Made by a program: the position numbers and the translations under genes. 64,000 nucleotides of DNA from assembly GCA_965225945.1 (NCBI GenBank), contig CBDDBZ010000037.1, positions 32,001 through 96,000 of the forward strand, given 5' to 3'. Source of the stretch: Alphaproteobacteria bacterium. Lineage in GTDB: Bacteria > Pseudomonadota > Alphaproteobacteria > GCA-2731375. Below the pieces are notes generated by a model. That model had not been told where the DNA came from. It saw nothing but the letters and a program-made list of their open reading frames with translations, and did no database searches. How positions within the stretch are numbered: the first letter of the stretch is position 1; every line of letters starts with the position of its first letter. Shown here piece after piece: positions 30,256 through 40,404 of the stretch.

Positions 30256-31044
30256 ATGGAACGGGTTCTCATCACCGGCGCCGCCGGCGGCATCGGCAGC
30301 GGCCTGCGCCGTACCCTCGCCGGGGTCTATCCCAAGCTGCGCCTCTCCGACATCCAGCCGATCAGCTCGCCCGGCGCGGGCGAGGAATGCATCACCGCCG
30401 ACGTCGCCGATCTCGCCCGGATGGAAGCGCTCTGCGAGGGCGTCGACGGGATCGTGCATCTCGGTGGCAACTCCGGCGAGGCCTCTTGGGAGCGAATCCT
30501 GGAGGCCAACATCGTCGGCACTCGCAATATCTTCGAGGCGGCGCGGCGCCAAGGTGTCAGTCGAGTGGTCTTCGCGACCTCGAACCACGCCGTCGGCTTC
30601 TATCGCCGCGACCAACGAATCGACCACGAGGTGCCGGTCCGGCCCGACAGCCGCTACGGCCTCTCCAAGGCGTTCGGGGAGGCGATCGGCGCGCTCTATG
30701 CCGACCGCCACGCTATCGGCGTCCTCTGCATCCGCATCGGCAACTACGGCGACGCGCCGATCGACAAGCGCCGCTTGAGCATCTGGATCAGCCCGCGTGA
30801 TCTGACACAACTGATTCGCATCGGCCTGGAGCACCCCGAGATCCACTACGAGATCGTCTACGGGGTCTCGGACAACGCGCGCTCCTGGTACGACAACCGG
30901 AACGCCCATCGCCTCGGCTACCGGCCCGAGGACCGCTCCGAGCCCCATGCCGCCGACGTCTTGGCGCGCGAGCCCGCGCACGCGCCGGGCGAGCACGGCG
31001 AAATTTACCAAGGCGGCGTCTTCGTCGTCGATCCCGAACTCTAG
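30256..31044 (+). CDS. NAD(P)-dependent oxidoreductase, uronate dehydrogenase-like
   Basis: LITGAAGGIG, VVFATSNHAVGFY, RPDSRYGLSKAFGE and WISPRD. Confidence 0.9.
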   Translation: MERVLITGAAGGIGSGLRRTLAGVYPKLRLSDIQPISSPGAGEECITADVADLARMEALCEGVDGIVHLGGNSGEASWERILEANIVGTRNIFEAARRQGVSRVVFATSNHAVGFYRRDQRIDHEVPVRPDSRYGLSKAFGEAIGALYADRHAIGVLCIRIGNYGDAPIDKRRLSIWISPRDLTQLIRIGLEHPEIHYEIVYGVSDNARSWYDNRNAHRLGYRPEDRSEPHAADVLAREPAHAPGEHGEIYQGGVFVVDPEL

Positions 31045-31310
31045 TGGATAGAATCCAACATATGGTACCCCTACGACGGTTTCCCGAGCCCGCCGGACGC
31101 GTTGCCCGGCGCTTGTGATGCGCTAGCATCACGGCGCACCAGGCGCCTTTCCGGACGAGCTCGGGAAACCGTCGTAGGGGTACCATATCCTGGCTTCTCG
31201 GGGCGTCGGGCACCCTTGACGATGTGCCGGCATCGTCGGCGGGCGCCCTCCTGCCGAGAAACCAGGATATGGGATCGTAGGGGTACCATATGTTGGATTC
31301 TATCCACTAG
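31041..31310. mobile_element. 270-bp MITE with 36-bp terminal inverted repeats and nested internal palindromes
   Basis: CTAGTGGATAGAATCCAACATATGGTACCCCTACGA at 31041 and its exact reverse complement ending at 31310; CTAG at both ends. Confidence 0.9.
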
Positions 31311-31323
31311 GCGGACTCGAGCC

Positions 31324-32172
31324 ATGAACGAGGGCAGACCCAGGGTGTCGGTGCCGCCGGGCGCCTGCGATACCCACATGCACATTTATGCCGAGGAAGG
31401 GCGCTATCCCCTCTCTCCGGCGGCCGTGGGGGCCAAACCGGTCGGGGACGTGCCCGATTATCTCCGGATCCAGGCCCGCCTCGGCCTCGCCCGCACGGTG
31501 GTGGTACAGCCGACCCACTACGGCACTGACAATCGCTGCACCACGGCGGCGATCGCGGCGCTGGGGAGCGCCCGCGGCGTCGCGGTGATCGATCGCGCGA
31601 CGACGGACGACGACCTCGCGGCATTGACGGCGGCCGGCATCCGGGGCGTCCGCTTCCAGATGGTGCCGGGCGGCAATACGCCCTGGGAGGAGACCGACCG
31701 CCTGGCGGCGCGCGGCCACGAGCACGGCTGGCACGCGCAATTGCAGCTCGACGGGGGCGAACTGCCCGATCGCCTGGCGCAAATCCGCCGCTGGCCGGGC
31801 GATTTGGTGATCGATCACATCGGCCGCTTCTTCGAGCCCGTCGGCACCGACGACCCGGCCTTCCGCGTCCTCCTGGATCTGGTGGAGGGTGGGCGCTGCT
31901 GGGTCAAGCTCTCGGCCCCCTATATCCATTCCGAGGCCAGCCTGCCCGGTTTCGACGACGTCGCCCCCCTGGCGCGGGCGCTGGTCGAGGCGGCGCCCGA
32001 GCGCATGCTCTGGGCCAGCAACTGGCCGCATCCGACCCACCAGGAGGATCCGCCGGACGACGCCATGCTGCTCGACACCCTGCTCGACTGGGCGCCGGGG
32101 GAGGCGGTGCGCCGCAAGATCCTGCTCGACAATCCGGCGGCGCTCTATGGTTTCGGGCGGGACGGCGCGTGA
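31324..32172 (+). CDS. Amidohydrolase_2 family protein (lactonase/galactarolactone isomerase-like)
   Basis: GACDTHMHIY, VVQPTHYGTDN, IDHIG, VKLSAPY and LWASNWPHP. Confidence 0.9.
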   Translation: MNEGRPRVSVPPGACDTHMHIYAEEGRYPLSPAAVGAKPVGDVPDYLRIQARLGLARTVVVQPTHYGTDNRCTTAAIAALGSARGVAVIDRATTDDDLAALTAAGIRGVRFQMVPGGNTPWEETDRLAARGHEHGWHAQLQLDGGELPDRLAQIRRWPGDLVIDHIGRFFEPVGTDDPAFRVLLDLVEGGRCWVKLSAPYIHSEASLPGFDDVAPLARALVEAAPERMLWASNWPHPTHQEDPPDDAMLLDTLLDWAPGEAVRRKILLDNPAALYGFGRDGA

Positions 32173-34536
32173 GCGCGCGGCGGGAGGAGGACCTGGCGGT
32201 AAGGGAAATCGAGAAATTCGCGATCGGCCAGCCGGTGGCGCGCACAGAGGATCCGCGCCTGCTCCGGGGCGAGGGACGCTTCACCGACGATCTGGAGATG
32301 CCCGGGGCGGCGCAGGCCTTCGTGCTGCGCTCGCCCTTCGCGCATGCCCGGATCGACGGCCTCGATACCACTCGGGCGGTGGCGGCGCCCGGCGTCTTGG
32401 CAATCCTCACGGCACGGGATCTGGCGGCCGCCGGCTTCGGCACGCTCAAGAACAAGATCCCGCTCCAGGGTCGCGACGGCGCTCCGATGCGCGAGCCGCC
32501 ACGGCCCTCGCTCGCCACCGACCGGGTCCGCTATCAGGGCGAGCCGATCGCCCTCGTCGTCGCCGAGACCCTGGCCCAGGCGCGCGACGCGGCTGAACTG
32601 ATCGAGCTGGAGGCAACTCCCCTGGCCGCGGTCACCGACGCCCGCGCGGCGGGCCGCCCGGACGCCCCCCGCCTGCACGAGGACGTGCCGGGGAACCTCT
32701 GTCTCGATTGGGAGAGCGGCGATTGCGCCCGGGTCGACGCCGCTTTCGCGCGGGCCGCGCATGTGGCTCGCCTGGAGATCGAGAACAACCGCATCATCAT
32801 CAATCCCTTGGAGCCGCGCGCGGCCGTGGCGGAATACGATTCCACCGGCGATCGATTTACCCTGCACCTCGGCTCGCAAGGCGTCTTCGGGTTGCGCAAC
32901 AACATCGCGGGCGACATCCTCCGCATCGAAAAAGAGCGGCTTCGCGTCAGGACCTACGACGTCGGCGGCTCTTTCGGCATGAAGTCGGCGCCCTATCCGG
33001 AATACGGCCCCTTGCTGCTCGCGGCCCGGCGTCTCGGCCGGCCGGTGCGCTGGCGTGACGAGCGAGCGGACAGTTTCCTCGCCGACCAGCACGGGCGCGC
33101 CAGCATGGTCGAGGCCTCGATGGCCTTCGATGCCGAGGGCCACGTGCTGGCGGCCCGCGTGATCGGCCACGCCAACGTCGGCGCCTATCCGAGCCAGGTC
33201 GGCCCGATGATGGGGACGCGCAATATCCTGCGCAATTTCCCCAGCCTCTACCGCCTGCCGTTGCTGCACATCCGGACCTATTGCCGGTTCACCAACACCG
33301 GCCCCATCGCCGCCTATCGCGGCGCCGGCCGACCCGAGAGCAACTACTACGTCGAGCGGCTGATGGACACGGCGGCGCGCGAGATGGGGATCGACCGGAT
33401 CGAGCTCCGGCGGCGCAATCTGCTCCGGCCCGACGAGATCCCGCATACCGCGGTCTCCGGCCTCACCTACGACTCGGGCGACTTTCCCGCCGTGCTGGCC
33501 GATGCCCTCGAGCGCGCCGATTGGAATGGATTTCCGGCGCGCCGGGCGGATTCGGTTTCCCGGGGCAAGCTTCGCGGCCAAGGCCTCGCCTGTTATCTGG
33601 AGGCGACGGGGGCGCCGTCGCCTGAGATGGCGGCGATCCGCTTCGATGCCGACGGCGGCGTCACGATCACCAGCGGCACCCAAAACCAAGGCCAAGGCCA
33701 CGCGGCGAGCTTCGCCCAGATCCTCTCGAGCCGGCTCGCGATCCCGTTTCATTCGATCCGCCTCGAGCAAGGCGACAGCGACTCGCTGCTGGCCGGCGGC
33801 GGCACCGGTGGCTCGAAAACGATGATCACCGGCGGCGGCGCGATCCTGGAGGCGGCGGACGCGGTGATCGAGTTGGGCCGCCACCTCGCCGCCCGGGTGT
33901 TGGAGGCGGCGGTCGAGGACATCGGCTTCGAGGCCGGTGCCTTCCGCATCCTCGGCACCGACCGGGCATTGAGCGTGATGGCGCTCGCGCAGGCCCTCGG
34001 CGAGGGCGGCGGGGGCCCGGATCAGGGCCGCGACGCGCTCGACGTCGCGCTCAGCCACGAGGCGGCTCCCTCGAGCTTCCCGAACGGCTGTCATGTCGCG
34101 GAGGTGGAGATCGACCCGGAGACCGGCGTCGTCGCCGTGACCCGCTATGTGGTGGTCGACGATTTCGGCGTGCTGATCAATCCAATGCTGGTCGAGGGCC
34201 AAGTGCAGGGCGGCATCGCCCAGGGCATCGGGCAAGCGCTGATGGAGCGGACCTGCTTCGACGCGACGGGCCAGCTCACCACCGGCTCCTTCATGGACTA
34301 CGCCCTGCCGCGCGCGCTCGACGTGCCGGCGATCGCTTTCCACGACCACCCTGCCGGCGACCAGCAACCCCTTGGGCGTCAAGGGCTGCGGCGAAGCCGG
34401 CTGTTCGGGCGCGCTGGGCGCGGTGATGAACGCCGTGGTCGACGCGCTCAGCTCGCGCGGCATCCATCATATCGACATGCCGGCGACGCCCGCTCGGGTC
34501 TGGGCCGCGCTCCAGGGCGGCGGCGCGGTGTATTAA
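32169..34536 (+). pseudogene. Xanthine dehydrogenase-family molybdopterin subunit (form II CoxL-like), frameshifted near 34350
   Basis: IGQPVARTEDPRLLRG, VGGSFGMK, AYRGAGRPE, QGQGH and GQVQGG; the tail [23 protein letters not shown] lies in another frame and ends at 34536. Confidence 0.88.
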
Positions 34537-34577
34537 GGTGCCCGTCCACGAGGGGGCGATAAGCTAGGGAGTCGGTG

Positions 34578-36619
34578 ATGAGCTTGCCATTGGAATCGGG
34601 GATGAAGTTCGGCGTTCAGACCATTCACCGGCGATCGGAGCCCGCGGTTGGTCCCTGGTTCCCCGATCCCGGATATGCCCGCGAGCTGGTCGAACTGGTC
34701 GAGCGCCTGGACTACGATTCCCTGTGGGTCGGCGAGGGTGTGGGTCTGGTATGGAAAATCTAAGTCATTGATTTAGTGCGTTTTTTGTGTCGAGACGAAC
34801 GGCCGAAAACGGCTATTCGTGACAATGGGCCGCTCCAAGGCAGGATTTTGTCACGACGGCAGGGTCGAGCAGGGGAAGGTGGGAACGCTCCGCACCGCCA
34901 GAAGCGCTACGATGCCGTGTCTTGAAACCCAACATCGGGAGCATTCCCATGGCAGTATCCCCGCCTCCGGCGCCTTCGTCCATCGATCTTTCCGGCCTGC
35001 CTCCTCGGGTCGTCGAGGCGGCCGCCCGGGTGCTCGCACTGTGTCGCGAGGAGCTTCGTTCCGAGCCGCGCCCCGAGGCGCCCGAGGAGGTGAGTTGCGG
35101 GTGCGTGAGGCCACGAACGTTCGCTCGCAGCTCGCGCGGCATCCATCATATCGACATGCCGGCGACGCCCGCTCGGGTCTGGGCCGCGCTCCAGGGCGGC
35201 GGCGCGGTGTATTAAGGTGCCCGTCGGTGAGCACCCTGCAGCGCCTGACCCTGAGCATGCACGAATGCTGGGAGAGCCTCGGCCCGGAGACGCTGGGCAG
35301 CATCCGTGAGGCCGAGGGCATACCGCAGGACGCGACCACCGCCTCGGTCTCCCTCGAGTCATGGTGCCGCTGAGACCCGGCGAGGACGGTCGCGCCAAGG
35401 CCTCCTGGCGCGAGGCCGCCTGCGGCACGGTCTCCTTCCACGACGCCGAGGGCAAGCGCCTGAAGACCCTCTATCTCGGCCGCATGCCGGAGAGCGGCAA
35501 GCTCACGCTGAAGGCGCAGCTTGCAAGCGAAGTCGCACACATTGGAATCGGGGATGAAGTTCGGCGTTCAGACCATTCACCGGCGATCGGAGCCCGCGGT
35601 TGGTCCCTGGTTCCCCGATCCCGGCCATCGCATGCGCTACCACGCCCTGAAGGAAGAGGGCATCGCCATCGGCTCAGGCGTGGTCGAGGCTGCCAACAAG
35701 ACCCTGGTGACACAGCGCATGAAGCGCTCCGGCATGCGCTGGCGGATCGTCGGCGGACAGGGTCGAACTGGTCGAGCGCCTGGACTACGATTCCCTGTGG
35801 GTCGGCGATCACATCGCCTTCACCATCCCGATCCTCGACCCGCTGCTGCAGCTCGTGCACGCGTCGGCCTATTCGACCAAGCTCTATTTCGGTACCGGGG
35901 TCTATCTGGCGCCGCTCCGCCATCCGACGCCGACCGCCAAGATGGTCGCCACGATCGACCATCTGTGCGGCGGGCGCTTCATCTTCGGCGTCGGCGTCGG
36001 CGGCGAATTTCCGATGGAATACGCCGCCTGCGGCGTGCCGGTGAACGAGCGCGGGGCGCGGCTGGGGGAAATTATCGAGATCCTGCGCAAACTCTGGAGT
36101 GGCGAGAGCATCAGCCACGAAGGGCGGTTCTATTCGCTTCCCGAGACGCTGATGCTGCCGGCGCCACACCAGGCGGGTGGCCCGCCGATCTGGTGTGGCG
36201 GGCGCTCGGACGCGGCGCTGAAGCGGGCCGGCCGAATGGCCGATGGCTACATGTCCTACGTCGTCACACCGGAAATGTATGGCGAGGCGCTGGGCAAAAT
36301 CACCGCCGCGGCCGAGGCGGCGGGCCGGGCGAATCGGGTCTTCGCCACCTCGCATTTGCTGTTCAGCCGCATCGACGAGACTTACGAGGACGCGCTGGAG
36401 GCGGCGACCAAAACCTTGAGCGTGCGCTACGACATGGACTTCCGCCGCGCCGCGCAGCGTTACGCCGCGCTGGGCACGCCGGCGGACGTGGCGGCGAGCA
36501 TCGACAAGTTCCGCGAGGCCGGCGTGCGCCACATGGTGATGGACTTCGTCGGCCCCTACGAGGAGCGCGACCAGCAGATCTGCCGCTTCGCCGAGGAAGT
36601 CCGCCCGCTGCTCGGCTGA
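34578..36619 (+). pseudogene. LLM-class flavin-dependent oxidoreductase, disrupted (34578-34735 and 35761-36619)
   Basis: MKFGV..YDSLWVG(D)H..FGTGVYLAPLRHP..ATIDHLCGGRFIFGVGVGGE..PPIWCGG. Confidence 0.88.
34736..35760 (+). mobile_element. Fragments of an ISKra4/ISLre2-like transposase element interleaved with host duplicates
   Basis: WREAACGTVSFHD..TLYLGRMPE and RMRYHALKEEGIAIGSGVVEAANKTLVTQRMKRSGMRW motifs; GGGTGTG left end. Confidence 0.75.
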
Positions 36620-36709
36620 GGCGGCCGATCGGGCCATGGGCCGGACGACCGACGGGCGGGGTCGCCCCCACCCGCCCGTCTACGCACGAAGAGTTGACGC
36701 GTCGGCCGC

Positions 36710-37801
36710 TTACCAGATCGCCACCGGCGACCCGATGGAGCCCGTGGCGCCGGCGATCGGCACCGGCGTATAGACGTAGAGGAACAAGTAGACACCGGCA
36801 TCGGCCAGGGCCTTCAGCTTCAGGTTCTCCTGATTGACGATGCCGTGGCGGGTCTGCAGGTAGTTGTGGACGCAGAAGACGCAGCCGGGGGCCACTTCAT
36901 TGGGTGTGTCCTTGCCCGCCACCGGATCCGTCGCCGGCCAAGTATCGCCGCCGGTGACGCCCGCCTTCACCTCCTCGGCGATCCAGCGCGCCACGTCGAA
37001 GCCGATTCCCGGAGCGCCGTTGTTGAACTTGGCGTTGTCCTTGATCCAGTACTTCTCCCAGCCGTAGCGGAAGATGATGGCGTCGCCCTCCATGAACTCG
37101 AAGTTCTCCATGCCTTGGCGCTTCAAGGCCTTCTTGACGTCGGCCATGGTCGCGACCTGGCCCGCTTCCATCGACTCGACGCCGCGCGCGCCCGCGAAGT
37201 CGATCAGGATGGCGCGGGCGACGATCGGGTGCAGCTTCTCGGTGCCGAGCTTCCTGAGCCCGTAGGCACTGCCCATCTCGGCCGCGGTGAAGCCGTTGTA
37301 CCAGCGCATGTTGTCGAGGTCGCCCGGCCCGCCGATCGCCACGCCGATATGACCGAGGCCGTCGAACTGCGTCCCGACCTGGCCGATCTCGGTCGCCAGG
37401 AACTCGTCGTTGTACATCAGCTTGGAGGCGCCGAACGGACCGCCCGTGGGCGTCCCCGGAATTCGCAGGCTGAACTTGCGCTTGCCGAAGAGCGGCATGT
37501 CATCGGTATAGTCGTGACCGATTTTCATGGACTTGCCCTGCTTGACCACCGACATGGCGCGCAGCACCACCGCCGGCTTCGTGTACCAGTTGGTCGAGCC
37601 GGCCTCGTCGCCCGCGCCCCAGAGCGTGTTCGGCCACCATTTGGAGCCGAGCGGCGTCGCCATCGCACTGCCGTCGACCCAGGGCTGGCCGGCGCAGGCC
37701 TTCCAGTTCTTGTCGCTGCATTCCGCCGCGAGCGCGCTACCGCCCGTGGCCAGGGCAAAACTCATGAGGCTCGCAGCCGCGAGCATGATTCGAGATTTCA
37801 C
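36710..37801 (-). CDS. Secreted cyclase-family (kynurenine formamidase-like) metallohydrolase
   Basis: Signal peptide; WGAGDEAG, QVGTQFDGLGH, GDAIIFRYGW, ENL and GATGSIGSPVA; GGAGG RBS. Confidence 0.9.
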   Translation of the reverse strand: MKSRIMLAAASLMSFALATGGSALAAECSDKNWKACAGQPWVDGSAMATPLGSKWWPNTLWGAGDEAGSTNWYTKPAVVLRAMSVVKQGKSMKIGHDYTDDMPLFGKRKFSLRIPGTPTGGPFGASKLMYNDEFLATEIGQVGTQFDGLGHIGVAIGGPGDLDNMRWYNGFTAAEMGSAYGLRKLGTEKLHPIVARAILIDFAGARGVESMEAGQVATMADVKKALKRQGMENFEFMEGDAIIFRYGWEKYWIKDNAKFNNGAPGIGFDVARWIAEEVKAGVTGGDTWPATDPVAGKDTPNEVAPGCVFCVHNYLQTRHGIVNQENLKLKALADAGVYLFLYVYTPVPIAGATGSIGSPVAIW

Positions 37802-37888
37802 TGGTTTCCTCCCTCATGTCAGTGATCGGGCCGGTCATACCAACCGACCGAATTCGAGACTCGTTTGAGGATTGGCAAGGCAGGGCCG

Positions 37889-39279
37889 GGTCGTGTCCGA
37901 TAGTTGGTGGAAATTGGTTTTTGGCGTAGCTCCCGATCACGATGGTTGCTCAATCAGGCGGCGAGGTCAATCGGCTTCTTGACCGGCGCTTGGTCGAGTG
38001 TTTGCCAGCCACCGACGCGGCGCATGGTGATCTGCCCCGAGGCCATCAAGGCCCAGAACAGCATGGCCGCCGTTTCCGCGTTGGGTAGTGCGCATTGGGT
38101 CTTCACCCGGCGCTTGAATTCCCCGTGCAGGCGTTCGATGGCGTTGGTGGTCCGCAAGGACTTCCATTGCTGCGGCGGATAGCGCAGGAAGGTGAACAGC
38201 CGCTCCCCCGCCTCTTCCAGGCTGTCCGCCACGCCCCGGCAGCGGAGCCGCCACTTGGCCAGGAAGGCCTTGCGCTTCTTGCGCACTTGCTCGGCGTTTT
38301 CGGCGTACATCATGTCGGTGTAGTCGGCCTTGACCTCGTCGTGCAACGCCTTCGGCGCATGGGCGAGGAGGTTGCGCTCCTTGTGCACCGTGCAGCGCTG
38401 CACCGGAATATCGCTCCACAGGCTGGCCAGCGCCGCCTCCAGGCCCTTGCCGCCGTCTACGATCAGAAGCTCCGGCGCCTTCAGGCCACGGCCGAGAAGG
38501 TCCTCCAGGACATGGCGCCAGGCCGCCTCGGTCTCCCCGCCCATGTTCTTGACCGCGAGCAGAACCTTCTGGCCGTCCCGCCGCACCCCAAGCACGACCA
38601 GCAGCGGGATTGACAGCACTCGCCCATCAAGGCGCGCCTTGACGCCGGTGCCATCCAGGATCAGCCGGACAATGTCCTCGCCCGACAAGTCCCGAGCCTG
38701 CCAGCTCTCCCAGTCGGTCTTTACCTTGCGCCAGGCGCGGCTCACCGCGTCCTTGCCGACCTTGCCCCCGAACAGGCCGGCCAGCGCTCGGCGGACACGG
38801 CGCGTGTTGGTGCCGGCAAGGTACGTATTGGCGATAATCGCCTCGGCCCGTTTGGTCAGCCGCTTGTAGGCCTGGATGGTCTGGCTCCGCCATTCCTTCT
38901 CACCGCCATCCCCATCGAGCAGGCGGACGCGGGGGAGCGAAACCGTCAGCGCTCCGAAGGTGCCGACAAGCTGCCGATGCCGGTGGCCGTTGCGATAACC
39001 CTTGGGCGCGCCGCTGCGTTGATAGCGCGCACGGCCGCCCAGCGCCGCTTGCGCTTCCTCCGCCACCACAGCCTCGATGAAGGCGCGGACGCGAAAGCGG
39101 ATCGCATCCTCCAGGGGATCGAACCAATTCTCACCGGAAAATGGACTGGGCGACGTCGATGCCGTAAGATGTTTCATGGCGTAAGCTCCTTTCGGCGGCT
39201 GCACACCGCCTTTCTGAATGTTTTACAATCAGGAGTTTACGCCAGTTCTCCAATTTTCCACCAACCTTGCGACACCACC
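37889..39279 (-). mobile_element. IS256-family element (transposase 37954-39204)
   Basis: IRs GGTCGTGTC..GTTGGTGGAAA / TTTCCACCAAC..GACACCACC; 8-bp TSD CAGGGCCG; GYRNG, LILDG, QRCTVH and LRTTNAIERLHGEFKRR. Confidence 0.95.
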
Positions 39280-39330
39280 CAGGGCCGGGTGTGATTCTCT
39301 TAAGCGACTGATCCGCGGGGGAGAATTGAT

Positions 39331-40388
39331 ATGACGTTGGCGATTACGCGAGATGACCTGTCGGCGGACGAGATGCGCGTGGTGGCGCGTCGGGTCAAGC
39401 ACAGCTCGCAGGCGCGCCGCCTTCTGGCGCTGGCCCAAGTGCTCGATGGGCACGGCCGCGAAGAGGCGTCACGCGCCTGCGGCGTGCAGCGCCAAACGCT
39501 CAGCGACTGGGTGCACCGCTACAACGCCGAGGGTGTCGAGGGGCTTTGCGATCGGCCGCGCTCGGGTCGGCGACCCAGGCTCTCGGAGGCGCAACTGGCG
39601 GAACTGGCGGGCCTGGTCGAGGCCGGCCCGGACCTGGCGGTGCACGGAGTGGTGCGCTGGCGCTGCCTCGACCTTCGCGAGGAGATCAAGGCCCGCTTCG
39701 GTGTCGAGGTCTCCGAGCGCCACGTGGGTCGGCTCTTGAAGCGGCTCGAGTTCACTCGGCTCACGGTGCGCCCCCGCCACCCGAAAGCCGACGAGGCGGC
39801 GCAGCTGGCTTTTAAAAAAACTTCGCCGCGATCGTGACCGAAGCGCTGCCGGCCGGGGCCTGCGGCAAGCCGCTGGAAATCTGGTTCCAGGATGAAGCGA
39901 GAGTGGGCCAAAAAGGTACGCTGACGCGGATCTGGGCGCGCATCGGCTCGCGCCCACGAGGTCCCCGCGACACGCGCTACGAATGGGCCTACATCTTCGG
40001 CGCCGTCTGCCCCGAGCGCGCCACCGCTATCGCCCTGGTAATGCCCTACGCCGACACCGAGGCGATGACGCTGCACCTCAAGGAGATCAGCCGTGCCGTC
40101 ACCGCCGGCGCGCATTGCGCCTTGGTGCTCGACGGCGCGGGCTGGCACACCACCCCCAAACTGAAGCTGCCATCCAACATCACCTTGATCCGCCTGCCGT
40201 CCTATGCTCCCGAGCTGAACCCGATCGAGAACGTCTGGGAATACCTGCGCAAAAACAAACTCGCGCTCCGCGTCCATGACTACTACGACGACATCGTCGA
40301 GGCCTGCTGCAAAGCCTGGAACGACCTCCTCGCCAGGCCCCAACAACTCGCCTCGATCACCGGAAGAACCTGGGCATATATGTCATGA
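39331..40388 (+). CDS. IS630 transposase in two ORFs joined by a probable -1 frameshift
   Basis: HTH orfA 39331-39837; slippery TTTAAAAAAAC near 39811; orfB has FQDEARVG, LDGAGWH and PELNPIENVW. Confidence 0.92.
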
Positions 40389-40404
40389 TTTATGTCGGTT
40401 GGTG

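Larger units (their letters stand above)
37838..40404 (+). mobile_element. IS630-family element with IS256 inserted in its left end
   Basis: Ends TACCAACCGAC.. / ..GTCGGTTGGT; the right end is fused to a truncated IS481-like transposase. Confidence 0.82.

Noticed and set aside
32169-34536. True aerobic CO dehydrogenase (form I CoxL)
   Set aside because: The active-site loop is AYRGAGR rather than AYRCSFR, and there is no coxM or coxS.
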